A stretch of 64,000 nt of DNA from an uncultured virus (IMG/VR IMGVR_UViG_3300042544_003642) (taxonomy: Duplodnaviria > Heunggongvirae > Uroviricota > Caudoviricetes): IMG/VR virus record IMGVR_UViG_3300042544_003642. The stretch is one strand, 5' to 3'. The notes under the pieces are model-generated. The model saw only the letters and a list, made by a program, of their open reading frames with translations, had not been told where the DNA came from and did not search any database. The number at the start of each line of letters is the position of its first letter. Position 1 is the first letter of the stretch. Below, in pieces: positions 9,853-22,354 of the stretch. The position numbers were made by a program, and so were the translations under genes.

Positions 9853-9953
9853 ATTTTATTCTCCTTTTGGTTTATTTATACACTTGAAGGGCTTCACCTA
9901 TTCTTACTGCTATATAAGTGTCCGTCTTTTCTGCATGACCTACCATCAGTATA

Positions 9954-10226
9954 GACACACAGAAGTTTGCAATGAAAGCCTCTGCTGCCAAGATCAATGG
10001 TGAGTGGCAGGATGTCTACAAAGACCCTGTGACCGACAAGGGCAAGACCAGCAAGCGTGGCCGACTGATCCTCACTCGGGAACGTGGCAAGTGGGAAACA
10101 CTGCCTGTCAACAGTGGATTTGATTGGGCCAACATGCTCCTGCCAGTCTATCGAAATGGAGAGCTGCTGCGGGACTGGACCTTCCAGGAGGTTCGAGCCA
10201 ACAGTGACAAGGCTGCACTAGATTAA
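9954..10226 (+). pseudogene. second copy of the NAMPT 3' end (orphaned, probably original C-terminus)
   Basis: DTQKFAMKASAAKINGEWQDVYKDPVTDKGKTSKRG vs DTNRFAMKASAACIDGEWREVYKDPITDKGKTSKKG at 8575. Confidence 0.9.
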
Positions 10227-10242
10227 GCCGAACGATTGGGAC

Positions 10243-10269
10243 AAAGAGGGGCATTTTTGCCCCTCTTTT
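10243..10269 (+). terminator. rho-independent terminator
   Basis: aaagaggggc-attttt-gcccctctttt. Confidence 0.8.
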
Positions 10270-10350
10270 CTGTTCTGCTTAACACCAAAAGATTTGTCAA
10301 AAAAGTGCAAACTATGTTGAAACCCACATAAACTACAACTATATAGTTAT

Positions 10351-10878
10351 ATGAGCGATTTAAAAACACTTACTTGGGCAAATCACAAGCTTGCCGAAAG
10401 TACTCCTTTGATGGCTGCTATGCTTTCTGGAGATATAACACCTGAATGCTACTCTGATCTAGTGTACAGCAAACACTTGTTGTATTCTGTTATTGAAAGC
10501 AGACTTGCTTTTGAGTGTGCTGACTTGCCTCGAGCAGGCTGTGCGTTCCAGGACTGGAAAGAGATGGGGTCCCACAGTCCCACTTTACCTGCCAGTTTTT
10601 TTGAATTTCACGAGAGACTGGAAACTGTGTCTGAAAGCCAATTGTGGGCGCATGTGTATGTGCACTACCTTGCCCCGCTCTATGGTGGTCAAATCTTGAA
10701 GAAGATTTTGAGCCCTCGTTTTCCGGTAAACATGCTGAGTTTTGAAACACCCAAAGCAGCTATTGCTGAGATTCGCTACAAAACACATGCTGGTTTGGCT
10801 GAAGAGGCCAATCTCAGCTTTGAGATGACAACAAGGTACTATGACGAACTTCATCAATCTCATCAACCAAACGGCTGA
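10351..10878 (+). CDS. heme oxygenase
   Basis: LKTLTWANHKLAE, AHVYVHYLAPLYGGQIL. Confidence 0.85.
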   Translation: MSDLKTLTWANHKLAESTPLMAAMLSGDITPECYSDLVYSKHLLYSVIESRLAFECADLPRAGCAFQDWKEMGSHSPTLPASFFEFHERLETVSESQLWAHVYVHYLAPLYGGQILKKILSPRFPVNMLSFETPKAAIAEIRYKTHAGLAEEANLSFEMTTRYYDELHQSHQPNG

Positions 10879-11467
10879 TAAATTTGAGCAGCTGATCCAA
10901 AACAACACCACTCTCTTGACGGAGATACCAACAGAGGATTTTGGTTGGACCAATAACCGATGGTATAGCCAACAGTTTCGGCTTGCTCATGTGGAAAGAT
11001 TTCAGCAACCAAAATTCAGTGTGTTGCACACTGTGATCTTTCCTCACCTGACTGATCCCAGCCCTATTTTTGGGTTTGATATCATTGCCAGTGACACCAA
11101 GGCCACAGGTTTGTTTTTTGATTTCAGTCCCACTGTTGAAAGTTATGGAATCATATCTAGTCATCTATGGAGTGAGCCACGTGAAAGACCTGAATGGGGA
11201 ACAATTTTCAGCGAGCATTGGATCGCTTGCAGACCCACATATACGGAAGCTGAAACCATCAGCACATTGGCATGCACACTGTTGGAACAATATCTATCTC
11301 AGTTGGGAACAAAAACCACAACAGATGTACCTATGGTCATAAAGAAGCAAAATCAATACAGTTTGAACCAAAGACAAAACACTCATACTACTAGAGTTCT
11401 CATGAAGATACTGGGAGAAGAGCGTGGCCAGTATTTTGTGGAAAATATTTTATTCCCAACCATATGA
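10841..11467 (+). CDS. ferredoxin-dependent bilin reductase (PcyA/PcyX family)
   Basis: LHTVIFP...PIFGFD...DFSP, RPEWGTIFS, QRQNTHT, LFP; adjacent to heme oxygenase. Confidence 0.85.
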   Translation: MTNFINLINQTADKFEQLIQNNTTLLTEIPTEDFGWTNNRWYSQQFRLAHVERFQQPKFSVLHTVIFPHLTDPSPIFGFDIIASDTKATGLFFDFSPTVESYGIISSHLWSEPRERPEWGTIFSEHWIACRPTYTEAETISTLACTLLEQYLSQLGTKTTTDVPMVIKKQNQYSLNQRQNTHTTRVLMKILGEERGQYFVENILFPTI

Positions 11468-11523
11468 AGAATTGACACACCCTATACTTGTAGTATCTTT
11501 CAGACTGAAGCATGGAGTAGAGT

Positions 11524-12933
11524 ATGACACCCGCTACAACGACAGCCAAAACTATTGAAAAATCCAGTGATATGGATGCAACCAAACTGTATCTCAAGCA
11601 GGTTGCCAAAAACAAGTTGCTTACACATCAGCAGGAAATTCAATTTAGTCAACAAATTGAAAACAGCAAGAAAAACCTGCTCTTGAATCTGTTCTCTATT
11701 CCTATGGCAGTATGGCAGTTTGATACCAAGATTCAAGGTGTAGTAAAAGGGGAAATTGACAGCCACAGCATTTTTGACATTGAAGAAACAGAACTAGCCC
11801 CTCTGCTCACAAATCTAGCAAACATTCAACAGGATATTATGCTGTTAAGCACCAGCCCCAATAGTGAACTCTGTCAACGAGTGGCTGAAACCTGTTCTTC
11901 GCTGAGTTTCAAACTCAGCTTTTACGACAGCATGGTTCAGCCCTTCAACGACATGGTGAAAGACATTATTAGCGCACAAGGAGCTTACCTGCGCTTTGCA
12001 CAAAGCAAAGGAGTCTCTCGTGAGTTGTTCCTAGCCGCATACCAAAGCATGTCACAAGACAAAAATTGGCTGCGGTTCAAAACAGTTCACCAAGCCGAAG
12101 TGGAAAAGCATGAGTCGCAACTAGCAAGTTTTGTTGCCAACACGGGTATGCCACTTGACACACTCCTTGAAAAATGCCGCCAGATTCGGCAAGAGCAAAA
12201 AAACAAGGACGAGGCAGTGGAGATTATGCTCAAGAGCAATCTTCGACTCGTGGTGAGTGTGGCAAAGAAATACACCAACATCAGTCAAACTCCCATTCTT
12301 GATCTCATTCAAGAAGGCAACATTGGTCTCTTGAAAGCTATTGAGAAGTTTGATTGGAAGATGGGATTTCGTTTCAGCACCTACGCCACTTGGTGGATCA
12401 AGCAGTGTGTGCTGAAAGCCTTGAATGAGCATCATCGTATCATTCGTATCCCAGCTCACATGAGCGACCTTGCCAAGAAGGTAACGCGAGCACGAGCTGA
12501 GTTTGTAAATCACAATGGTTTTGAGCCCAGTGTGCAAGAAATTGCAGAGATGCTGGAAATTGATGTGGAAAACGTAGACAAAGTCTACAGTGTTGCGCAG
12601 GGCACAATCTCTCTGGAAACGCCAATTGGCGGTGAAGAAGATCAAACCATTGCACATCTTATTGAAGACACTGAAGGGGTGAATGCGTTTAACCTCTTGG
12701 CTGAGGCTGACAGCGCATATGCAGTGTCAGAGGTCTTGAAACATCTCAGTCCCAAGGAAGAGCGTGTGATCAGGATGCGCTTTGGTATTGGTGTAAACGA
12801 ACAAAGCACACTGGAAGACATTGGCAACAAATTTGGTGTCACTCGTGAGCGTGTGCGCCAGATTGAAAGCAAAGCACTGGAAAAGCTCAAGAGTACGGAA
12901 CTAGCTCAGAAGCTGCAAGAAGCTTTTACCTAA
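11524..12933 (+). CDS. RpoD-like sigma70 factor
   Basis: NLRLVVSVAKKY, DLIQEGNIGL, FSTYATWWI, IRIPAHM, TRERVRQIE. Confidence 0.93.
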   Translation: MTPATTTAKTIEKSSDMDATKLYLKQVAKNKLLTHQQEIQFSQQIENSKKNLLLNLFSIPMAVWQFDTKIQGVVKGEIDSHSIFDIEETELAPLLTNLANIQQDIMLLSTSPNSELCQRVAETCSSLSFKLSFYDSMVQPFNDMVKDIISAQGAYLRFAQSKGVSRELFLAAYQSMSQDKNWLRFKTVHQAEVEKHESQLASFVANTGMPLDTLLEKCRQIRQEQKNKDEAVEIMLKSNLRLVVSVAKKYTNISQTPILDLIQEGNIGLLKAIEKFDWKMGFRFSTYATWWIKQCVLKALNEHHRIIRIPAHMSDLAKKVTRARAEFVNHNGFEPSVQEIAEMLEIDVENVDKVYSVAQGTISLETPIGGEEDQTIAHLIEDTEGVNAFNLLAEADSAYAVSEVLKHLSPKEERVIRMRFGIGVNEQSTLEDIGNKFGVTRERVRQIESKALEKLKSTELAQKLQEAFT

Positions 12934-13180
12934 TCCACTATAAATAATCTTATGAACAAAACAGCACTGAAACCCAAAACCAAGACAAAGCTGTCAGCTT
13001 GCAGGCTCAGTAGAGTCTTGGTTTTGGGTCCGGTGTTTTTCGCACTCGTGGGATCCCCCACCTTTGGTATTGGTCCACTGCTTCTTGCAGAAAGCTGACG
13101 ATATTTCCTTCAAAATATAGAGTTGTTAAGCTTACGCCTGTTGCATACAGGCGCTATAATTTTTAGGAATGGGAAATCAA

Positions 13181-13855
13181 ATGATTCAATACATTGAAAT
13201 ACGCCAAGCTGAGGGCGGAGAAGACAGTCAACTGTTTGTTGATGATTTGGCACGTGCCTATATTCGCATGGCCAGCAAGCTGGGTTGACTCACTACTGTA
13301 GTTAAAACGGTCCCAGGCTTCTGTGTTATCAAACTAGAGGGACAAGATCTTTCACAGTGGGCACAAGAAGCAGGTGGGCATAGGATACAGAGGGTTCCAC
13401 CAACTGAAAGACGTGGAAGAGTCCATACCAGTACAGTCACAGTAGCAGTGCTAGAGTATCCTTCAGAACAAGCCATTGAAATACTTGACAAAGATCTAGT
13501 AATAGAGTGGTTTTCTGGCACTGGTCCCGGTGGTCAAAATCGAAATAAGGTAATGGCCAGTTGTAGATTGCGACACACACCAACTGGGGTAGTCGTTACC
13601 GCCCAAACAAGAAGCAGAACCACTAGCTTTGCACAAGCTAGGCAGGAATTGGAGACACGACTTCAAAACAGGTTCAAGAGCCAAGCAGCCTCTCAAACCA
13701 GCCAAGAAAGAAAACATCAGGTTGGTAGCGGCCAGCGCGGAGATAAAATACGCACTATCCAAATTCAACATGACTCAGCTGTGGACCATCGCACAGGCAA
13801 ACGTTGCACTGCGGAAAGTTATCTCAAAGGCGAAATTTACAAGCTTTGGTTGTGA
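13181..13855 (+). CDS. RF1-like peptide chain release factor with in-frame TGA at 13286-13288
   Basis: EIRQAEGGEDS...KLG*LTT...HRIQRVPPTERRGRVHTSTVTVAV (PxT motif)...GPGGQ; one frame across the TGA. Confidence 0.85.
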
Positions 13856-13917
13856 GTTGCATTGTAAATCTAAGTGTGCAATAATACAACTGCACACCAA
13901 GATTTTTGTACAGGATC

Positions 13918-14142
13918 ATGACAAAAGAAAAAAAGCTTAAGCCAAAAAACAAAACGTATGTGGTATGTACTGATACAAATCAACGAGTCAAGGGCCTAAT
14001 TGTTCAAAAAGATGAACAACAATTGGTCCTTGACTTGCCCAGTGGGTATCAGATGCACATGGTTCGAAAGCCAAAAAGAAAATTATATATCCATCATGTT
14101 GGTATGCTGGAGTTTACTAGCGATGGCTGGGAAGTCAGCTAG
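13918..14142 (+). CDS. hypothetical protein
   Basis: ORF with SD (AGGA). Confidence 0.5.
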   Translation: MTKEKKLKPKNKTYVVCTDTNQRVKGLIVQKDEQQLVLDLPSGYQMHMVRKPKRKLYIHHVGMLEFTSDGWEVS

Positions 14143-14483
14143 ACTTCGTAAAATTTATTGCCTGTGACATTGATGCTGACAAATCCAAGTTGACTACTGC
14201 CAATAATTTGATCCTGTGGGCCCAACCCCACATTTGGCAATATAAAGAATTGGTTAGGCAGCAGTTCAGTGTCATAAGCGACCCAATGTTCATCACCCAG
14301 CGTACGGCCTGCAGGCAAAACTGCTACTCTAGCAAAATCAATAGTTGTACTCGTTACATTTGTAACAATTACATTTACATAATATCCATATTCAGGCCTA
14401 GCAACTACAATGACTAGATTTTGTCCTGGAAGTGGTTGACCACCTCCCAACAATGCTGGATCGTAAACGGTTTCACTGCACAT
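14139..14483 (-). CDS. hypothetical virion-associated protein
   Basis: Co-oriented downstream of the fibre gene. Confidence 0.5.
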   Translation of the reverse strand: MCSETVYDPALLGGGQPLPGQNLVIVVARPEYGYYVNVIVTNVTSTTIDFARVAVLPAGRTLGDEHWVAYDTELLPNQFFILPNVGLGPQDQIIGSSQLGFVSINVTGNKFYEV

Positions 14484-14799
14484 TTGATGTAACGGGGAAA
14501 GTTACCATATAGGTGTCTTGTTGTATTTTGGCCAAAAGTCGTGATTGCATAGATGCGTTAAGTAATTCAACGTCCAAATTGGCTTCCAGCCAACCAATCA
14601 ATACGCTTTCTGTTATTTCATCAAAAGGTATGTAGTTGAGAGGATCAGGTAAAGGTAAAATGCACCGTCCTGTTTCTGACACAGTGTAACCAGCATCTGA
14701 ACAACTGTATCCCCATAACACTGCCACAATCACATTGTGTAGGCTACTGTCCTGTCGTTTCACTTGTAAATTTAAAGACGTCCAATTGTATGTTACCAT
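14473..14799 (-). CDS. small tail-fibre-associated protein
   Basis: YNW...NVIVAVLW...YIPFDEITESVLIGW motif typical of fibre-associated phage proteins. Confidence 0.55.
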   Translation of the reverse strand: MVTYNWTSLNLQVKRQDSSLHNVIVAVLWGYSCSDAGYTVSETGRCILPLPDPLNYIPFDEITESVLIGWLEANLDVELLNASMQSRLLAKIQQDTYMVTFPVTSNVQ

Positions 14800-14814
14800 T
14801 TATATTTCCAATCA

Positions 14815-18906
<4,092 letters not shown>

Positions 18907-18965
18907 TTATAACCAACGTTTTGGATATTTATGCAAGCTACGACTATTGTTAAATAGGATTTATA

Positions 18966-19376
18966 ATGTTTGACAAAAGAAGACAACTCACACTATCTCC
19001 AACAGACTACTATGAAATTGAAGCCAGCGAAACACTTTGGCATCCATTTCAAATCAGCCCCAAAGGCTTTGTGACGTTCACATCTGCTCACACAAAATTT
19101 TACAATAACCAAAATTGGACTATTAGATTGTGGGCAAGTGAAAAGCCATCTGGTATCAGTCTCACAGGAAGCCCGCTGTCAACTCAAAGATTTGTCAGTC
19201 CGTTGAAACTGCCCCAAAAATTTGGATTTTATGATGTAACCAACGGAATTTTCAAAGACAACACCCTGTTGTTTGCCTATGGATTAGCACCTGATACCAC
19301 CTATTACATCAACATTGACAACGTTGAAAACAGGAAAAACGGCTTTTATCTCAAGATAGACTTTGGCGAATTTTAA
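18966..19376 (+). CDS. hypothetical protein
   Basis: TAAATA and SD upstream. Confidence 0.6.
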   Translation: MFDKRRQLTLSPTDYYEIEASETLWHPFQISPKGFVTFTSAHTKFYNNQNWTIRLWASEKPSGISLTGSPLSTQRFVSPLKLPQKFGFYDVTNGIFKDNTLLFAYGLAPDTTYYINIDNVENRKNGFYLKIDFGEF

Positions 19377-19390
19377 AGTTACAGTTGCGC

Positions 19391-20203
19391 ATGAGCAATT
19401 TGAAGACAAGATTCCTAGAGCAAGCCCTTGTTCTTGACACCGAGACAACAGGACTTGATCCCACGACAGCAGAAATTATTGAATTTGCCACTGCCTTATA
19501 CCAAGACAGTCAGTGGAAGATCTCAACAAAATTGTTCAATACACCCAATGGCATTCCTCCTGAAAGCAGCGCCAAAAATCAAATCAGCAATAGGATGGTG
19601 CAAGGGTCTCCCTATTTTGACCAAAGTGTCTTGTTTGATGTTTTAGACATGCTGGGTGCACCAAAATATTTTGTAGCTCATTATGCAGAATATGATAGAT
19701 CAGTTTTGGTCAGCAGTTTTGAAAGAATGAACCAAGGTGATGTGGCAGCCATGTTTGCCAATCAGGATTTGTGGATCTGCACCTGGCGTGTGGCTAGGCA
19801 CATTTATTCCCCCACCTTTCAAGACAAAAGTTATGCTCAAAACTATCTCAGATATCGCTTGGATCTACCAGTGCCTGATACCATTGGTGTGCACCGAGCT
19901 GGCGCTGATGTAGAAGTGTGTGGGGCTTTGATTGAGCGATTGATTGAAGATGGAATCAAGCAAGGAGTGTTGGATCCCAATAGAGAAATTGGACCTCAAC
20001 TTGTGGAGTTGACACAAAAAGCTGTTCCAGTGAAAACCTGGCCTACAGGCAAGCACAAAGGCCAAGTTCTTGAGAGTATTCCAACAGAATATTATCTATG
20101 GAGCATGGAAAACCAGGGTATTCTGCGCGAGAATGACCCTGGTTATGACTTTGATTTGGCAGAAAGTGTAAGAAAGATTTTGGAGGTTAGGCTCTCTTCT
20201 TGA
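19391..20203 (+). CDS. DEDDh 3'-5' exonuclease (DnaQ/ExoX-like)
   Basis: LDTETTG, AHYAEYD, HRAGAD; C-terminal GKHKG. Confidence 0.88.
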   Translation: MSNLKTRFLEQALVLDTETTGLDPTTAEIIEFATALYQDSQWKISTKLFNTPNGIPPESSAKNQISNRMVQGSPYFDQSVLFDVLDMLGAPKYFVAHYAEYDRSVLVSSFERMNQGDVAAMFANQDLWICTWRVARHIYSPTFQDKSYAQNYLRYRLDLPVPDTIGVHRAGADVEVCGALIERLIEDGIKQGVLDPNREIGPQLVELTQKAVPVKTWPTGKHKGQVLESIPTEYYLWSMENQGILRENDPGYDFDLAESVRKILEVRLSS

Positions 20204-20732
20204 GCTTGCGACCTTCTTTCAAATGGCGTTGGTTGGGCTCAAATCCTTGAGCTATCATCTTCTCAGCCATATCACGGGCTTGCCTGCCAGTTACCCCTGC
20301 TTTTGATAATGCCGTTAGCCAACGGGTCATAAGTTCCTTATGCTCAGCTGCATGTTCTTCAGGACTGCCACGCCAAAATTCCTTAGCGCCTTTTTTCAAA
20401 CCCTGTAATACATCGCCTATTCCCTCGTTAGTAGCATTGCTCTCAGCAAGTGTTTGGCTGACCATCTCATACTCGATGTAGTTTTTCACAGCCTCAAGAT
20501 TTTCAGCAGCAATTGTAATCTTAGCTTGCACCCATCCTTCAAGTTCGCTAACAAACTTCAACATCTTGTGCAGTTCGATGCTGTTCTTAGCTGCGCGGTA
20601 GAGCTGAGATTGGCTCATACGCACTTCATCATCCACATGCTCTGGTTCTGGCATAGAGGAAGTTGGGGAAGACATGGAGCCCATATCTGGCATGTGCATA
20701 GCTGGGGTTGGTGTAGCGAACTCGTCGTTCAT
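20187..20732 (-). CDS. hypothetical protein
   Basis: LEGWVQAKITIAAENLEAV segment; start uncertain. Confidence 0.55.
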   Translation of the reverse strand: MNDEFATPTPAMHMPDMGSMSSPTSSMPEPEHVDDEVRMSQSQLYRAAKNSIELHKMLKFVSELEGWVQAKITIAAENLEAVKNYIEYEMVSQTLAESNATNEGIGDVLQGLKKGAKEFWRGSPEEHAAEHKELMTRWLTALSKAGVTGRQARDMAEKMIAQGFEPNQRHLKEGRKLKKRA

Positions 20733-20821
20733 TGGTGTCTCCAAAAGGGGTGCAAATTGTGCATTATTTATATATCTGGGCAATGATGCTATAATGTTTT
20801 GTTGAACAAGGAAAAATCTCC

Positions 20822-21550
20822 ATGCCCACACTAGGCATCACATGTGTTGACACTAAATTTTATTCAAAAACAAAGGTTGCACTAGAGCGAACCTTGGAAA
20901 CCTTAAATCATCTTGATATCAAAAAAATCTATTGGTTCAGTGATCAGCCATTGCAGATAGACACTAGTGTAACAATACAACATATACAAATTCCTCAGAT
21001 TGATAACACTCTTGAAGAGGTTTGTTTTCAGAAAGTCTACTCTGAAGTAATGTTGCGCCAGTGTCCAAAACTGGTGGAAGAAGATTTCAACCTCATAATT
21101 CACGCTGATGGCTATGCGGTGAACAAAGATGCCTGGACAGATGAGTTCTGGAACTATGATTACACTGGCGCGGTTTGGAAAAAATGGACCTGGTGGTGTG
21201 AAAATTTAGTAGGCAATGGCGGTTTTTGCCTTCGCAGTAAAAAATTGTTATCCGCTCTAGACGCTTTGAATTTACCTACAGATGTTGATGATTATCCTGG
21301 CACAGTATTGGAAAAAGACTGGCTGGCCTCACAAGGCTATGCCAAACAACTTCGTTATATTCCAGAAGACAACATCATCTGTAGATGGTATCGACAAAAA
21401 TTGGAAAAAGAGTTTGGTATAAAATTTGCACCCCTTGCGCTGGCTGATCAATTCAGTATCGAAAGAAACTTTGAAAGCCCTTGGCTGGGCAAAAGCTTGG
21501 GGTTTCATGGCAAACATGGGGTACATGAATTTTATGGGGTTGAAATCTAA
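20822..21550 (+). CDS. DUF5672-like glycosyltransferase-family protein
   Basis: HADG, YDYTGA, VGNGGFCLRSKKL, ED, FSIE, GFHG. Confidence 0.7.
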   Translation: MPTLGITCVDTKFYSKTKVALERTLETLNHLDIKKIYWFSDQPLQIDTSVTIQHIQIPQIDNTLEEVCFQKVYSEVMLRQCPKLVEEDFNLIIHADGYAVNKDAWTDEFWNYDYTGAVWKKWTWWCENLVGNGGFCLRSKKLLSALDALNLPTDVDDYPGTVLEKDWLASQGYAKQLRYIPEDNIICRWYRQKLEKEFGIKFAPLALADQFSIERNFESPWLGKSLGFHGKHGVHEFYGVEI

Positions 21551-21566
21551 AAATAATTTTTTTCCG

Positions 21567-21597
21567 TTGACATTTTTTGAACCTTCTCCTATAAATA
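21567..21597 (+). promoter_or_regulatory. sigma70 promoter overlapping a T4-like late motif
   Basis: TTGACA-17 nt-TATAAA(TA). Confidence 0.75.
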
Positions 21598-21655
21598 ACT
21601 TAAGGTAGCAAACAACAGTATGTTGCCCAAACACAAAAGGACTGGAACTATAAAA

Positions 21656-21772
21656 ATGTTTTCAAAACTGATGCATAATATTTGGGAAAGGGATTGCTCA
21701 TTTAGCAATGAGTATCAGCCCGCCGGTATTGTGCGCAAGCCAGTCCCAGCACCTGGAGGTGAAAAGATCTAG
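21656..21772 (+). CDS. putative attenuator leader peptide (38 aa; 50 aa from in-frame ATG 21620); not in ORF track
   Basis: MFSKLMHNIWERDCSFSNEYQPAGIVRKPVPAPGGEKI*; 3' end overlaps the antiterminator arm. Confidence 0.7.
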   Translation: MFSKLMHNIWERDCSFSNEYQPAGIVRKPVPAPGGEKI

Positions 21773-21833
21773 ATCAACTTTGATATAGACTTTTCAGGAC
21801 CCTCCAGAGATCACAAGTCTCGGAGGGTTTTTT
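21753..21833 (+). terminator. attenuator: antiterminator (21753-21807) and rho-independent terminator (21799-21833)
   Basis: Terminator accctcc(a)gagat/gtctcggagggt + T-run; CTGGAGG-TGAAAAG pairs with CTTTTCA-CCTCCAG. Confidence 0.8.
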
Positions 21834-21895
21834 GTTGGTTGGACATTTATGCAAGGAGAGAGGAAAACGAGAAACAAATATGAAAGCACAAACAG

Positions 21896-22019
21896 ATAAT
21901 CGTAGATGAAACAATTGAGCTAAACGCTCCCAAAGGTCAACTGGGTGAAAGTCCCCGGTCTAGAGCTGATAATGGTAGACAAATCCATGCAGCCAGTAAT
22001 ATTATTCATCTACGATTGT
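21896..22019 (+). ncRNA. putative structured RNA closed by a 15-bp helix
   Basis: ataatcgtagatgaa/ttcatctacgattgt; internal hairpins incl. GGG-TGAAAGT-CCC. Confidence 0.45.
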
Positions 22020-22042
22020 TTTAAGACAAAAGGATAGAATTT

Positions 22043-22117
22043 GGTCAGTTGGCAGAGCGATTATGCAACGGACTGCAAATCCGTTACACGGGGGTTTAAA
22101 TCCCTCACTGACCTCCA
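22043..22117 (+). tRNA. tRNA-Cys(GCA)
   Basis: acgga-ctGCAaa-tccgt; CCA end. Confidence 0.9.
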
Positions 22118-22126
22118 AATATTTGT

Positions 22127-22199
22127 GGCGCCATAGTTTAGTGGTCGAGAACACTCCGTTTTCACCGGAGAGACGGGATTTCAATTATCCCTGGCGCTA
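22127..22199 (+). tRNA. tRNA-Glu(TTC)
   Basis: ctccg-ttTTCac-cggag. Confidence 0.75.
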
Positions 22200-22246
22200 T
22201 TCACCTATATTGACACCAAGATACATATCCTGTAGATACAACTGAT

Positions 22247-22336
22247 GGAGCTGTGGCCGAGAGGCTTAAGGCGACGGTTTGCTAAACCGTTGTACATTGT
22301 AAAGGTGTACCGAGGGTTCGAATCCCTCCGGCTCCG
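22247..22336 (+). tRNA. tRNA-Ser(GCT)
   Basis: acggt-ttGCTaa-accgt; long variable arm. Confidence 0.92.
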
Positions 22337-22354
22337 GAAATTTTTGAGAATCAA

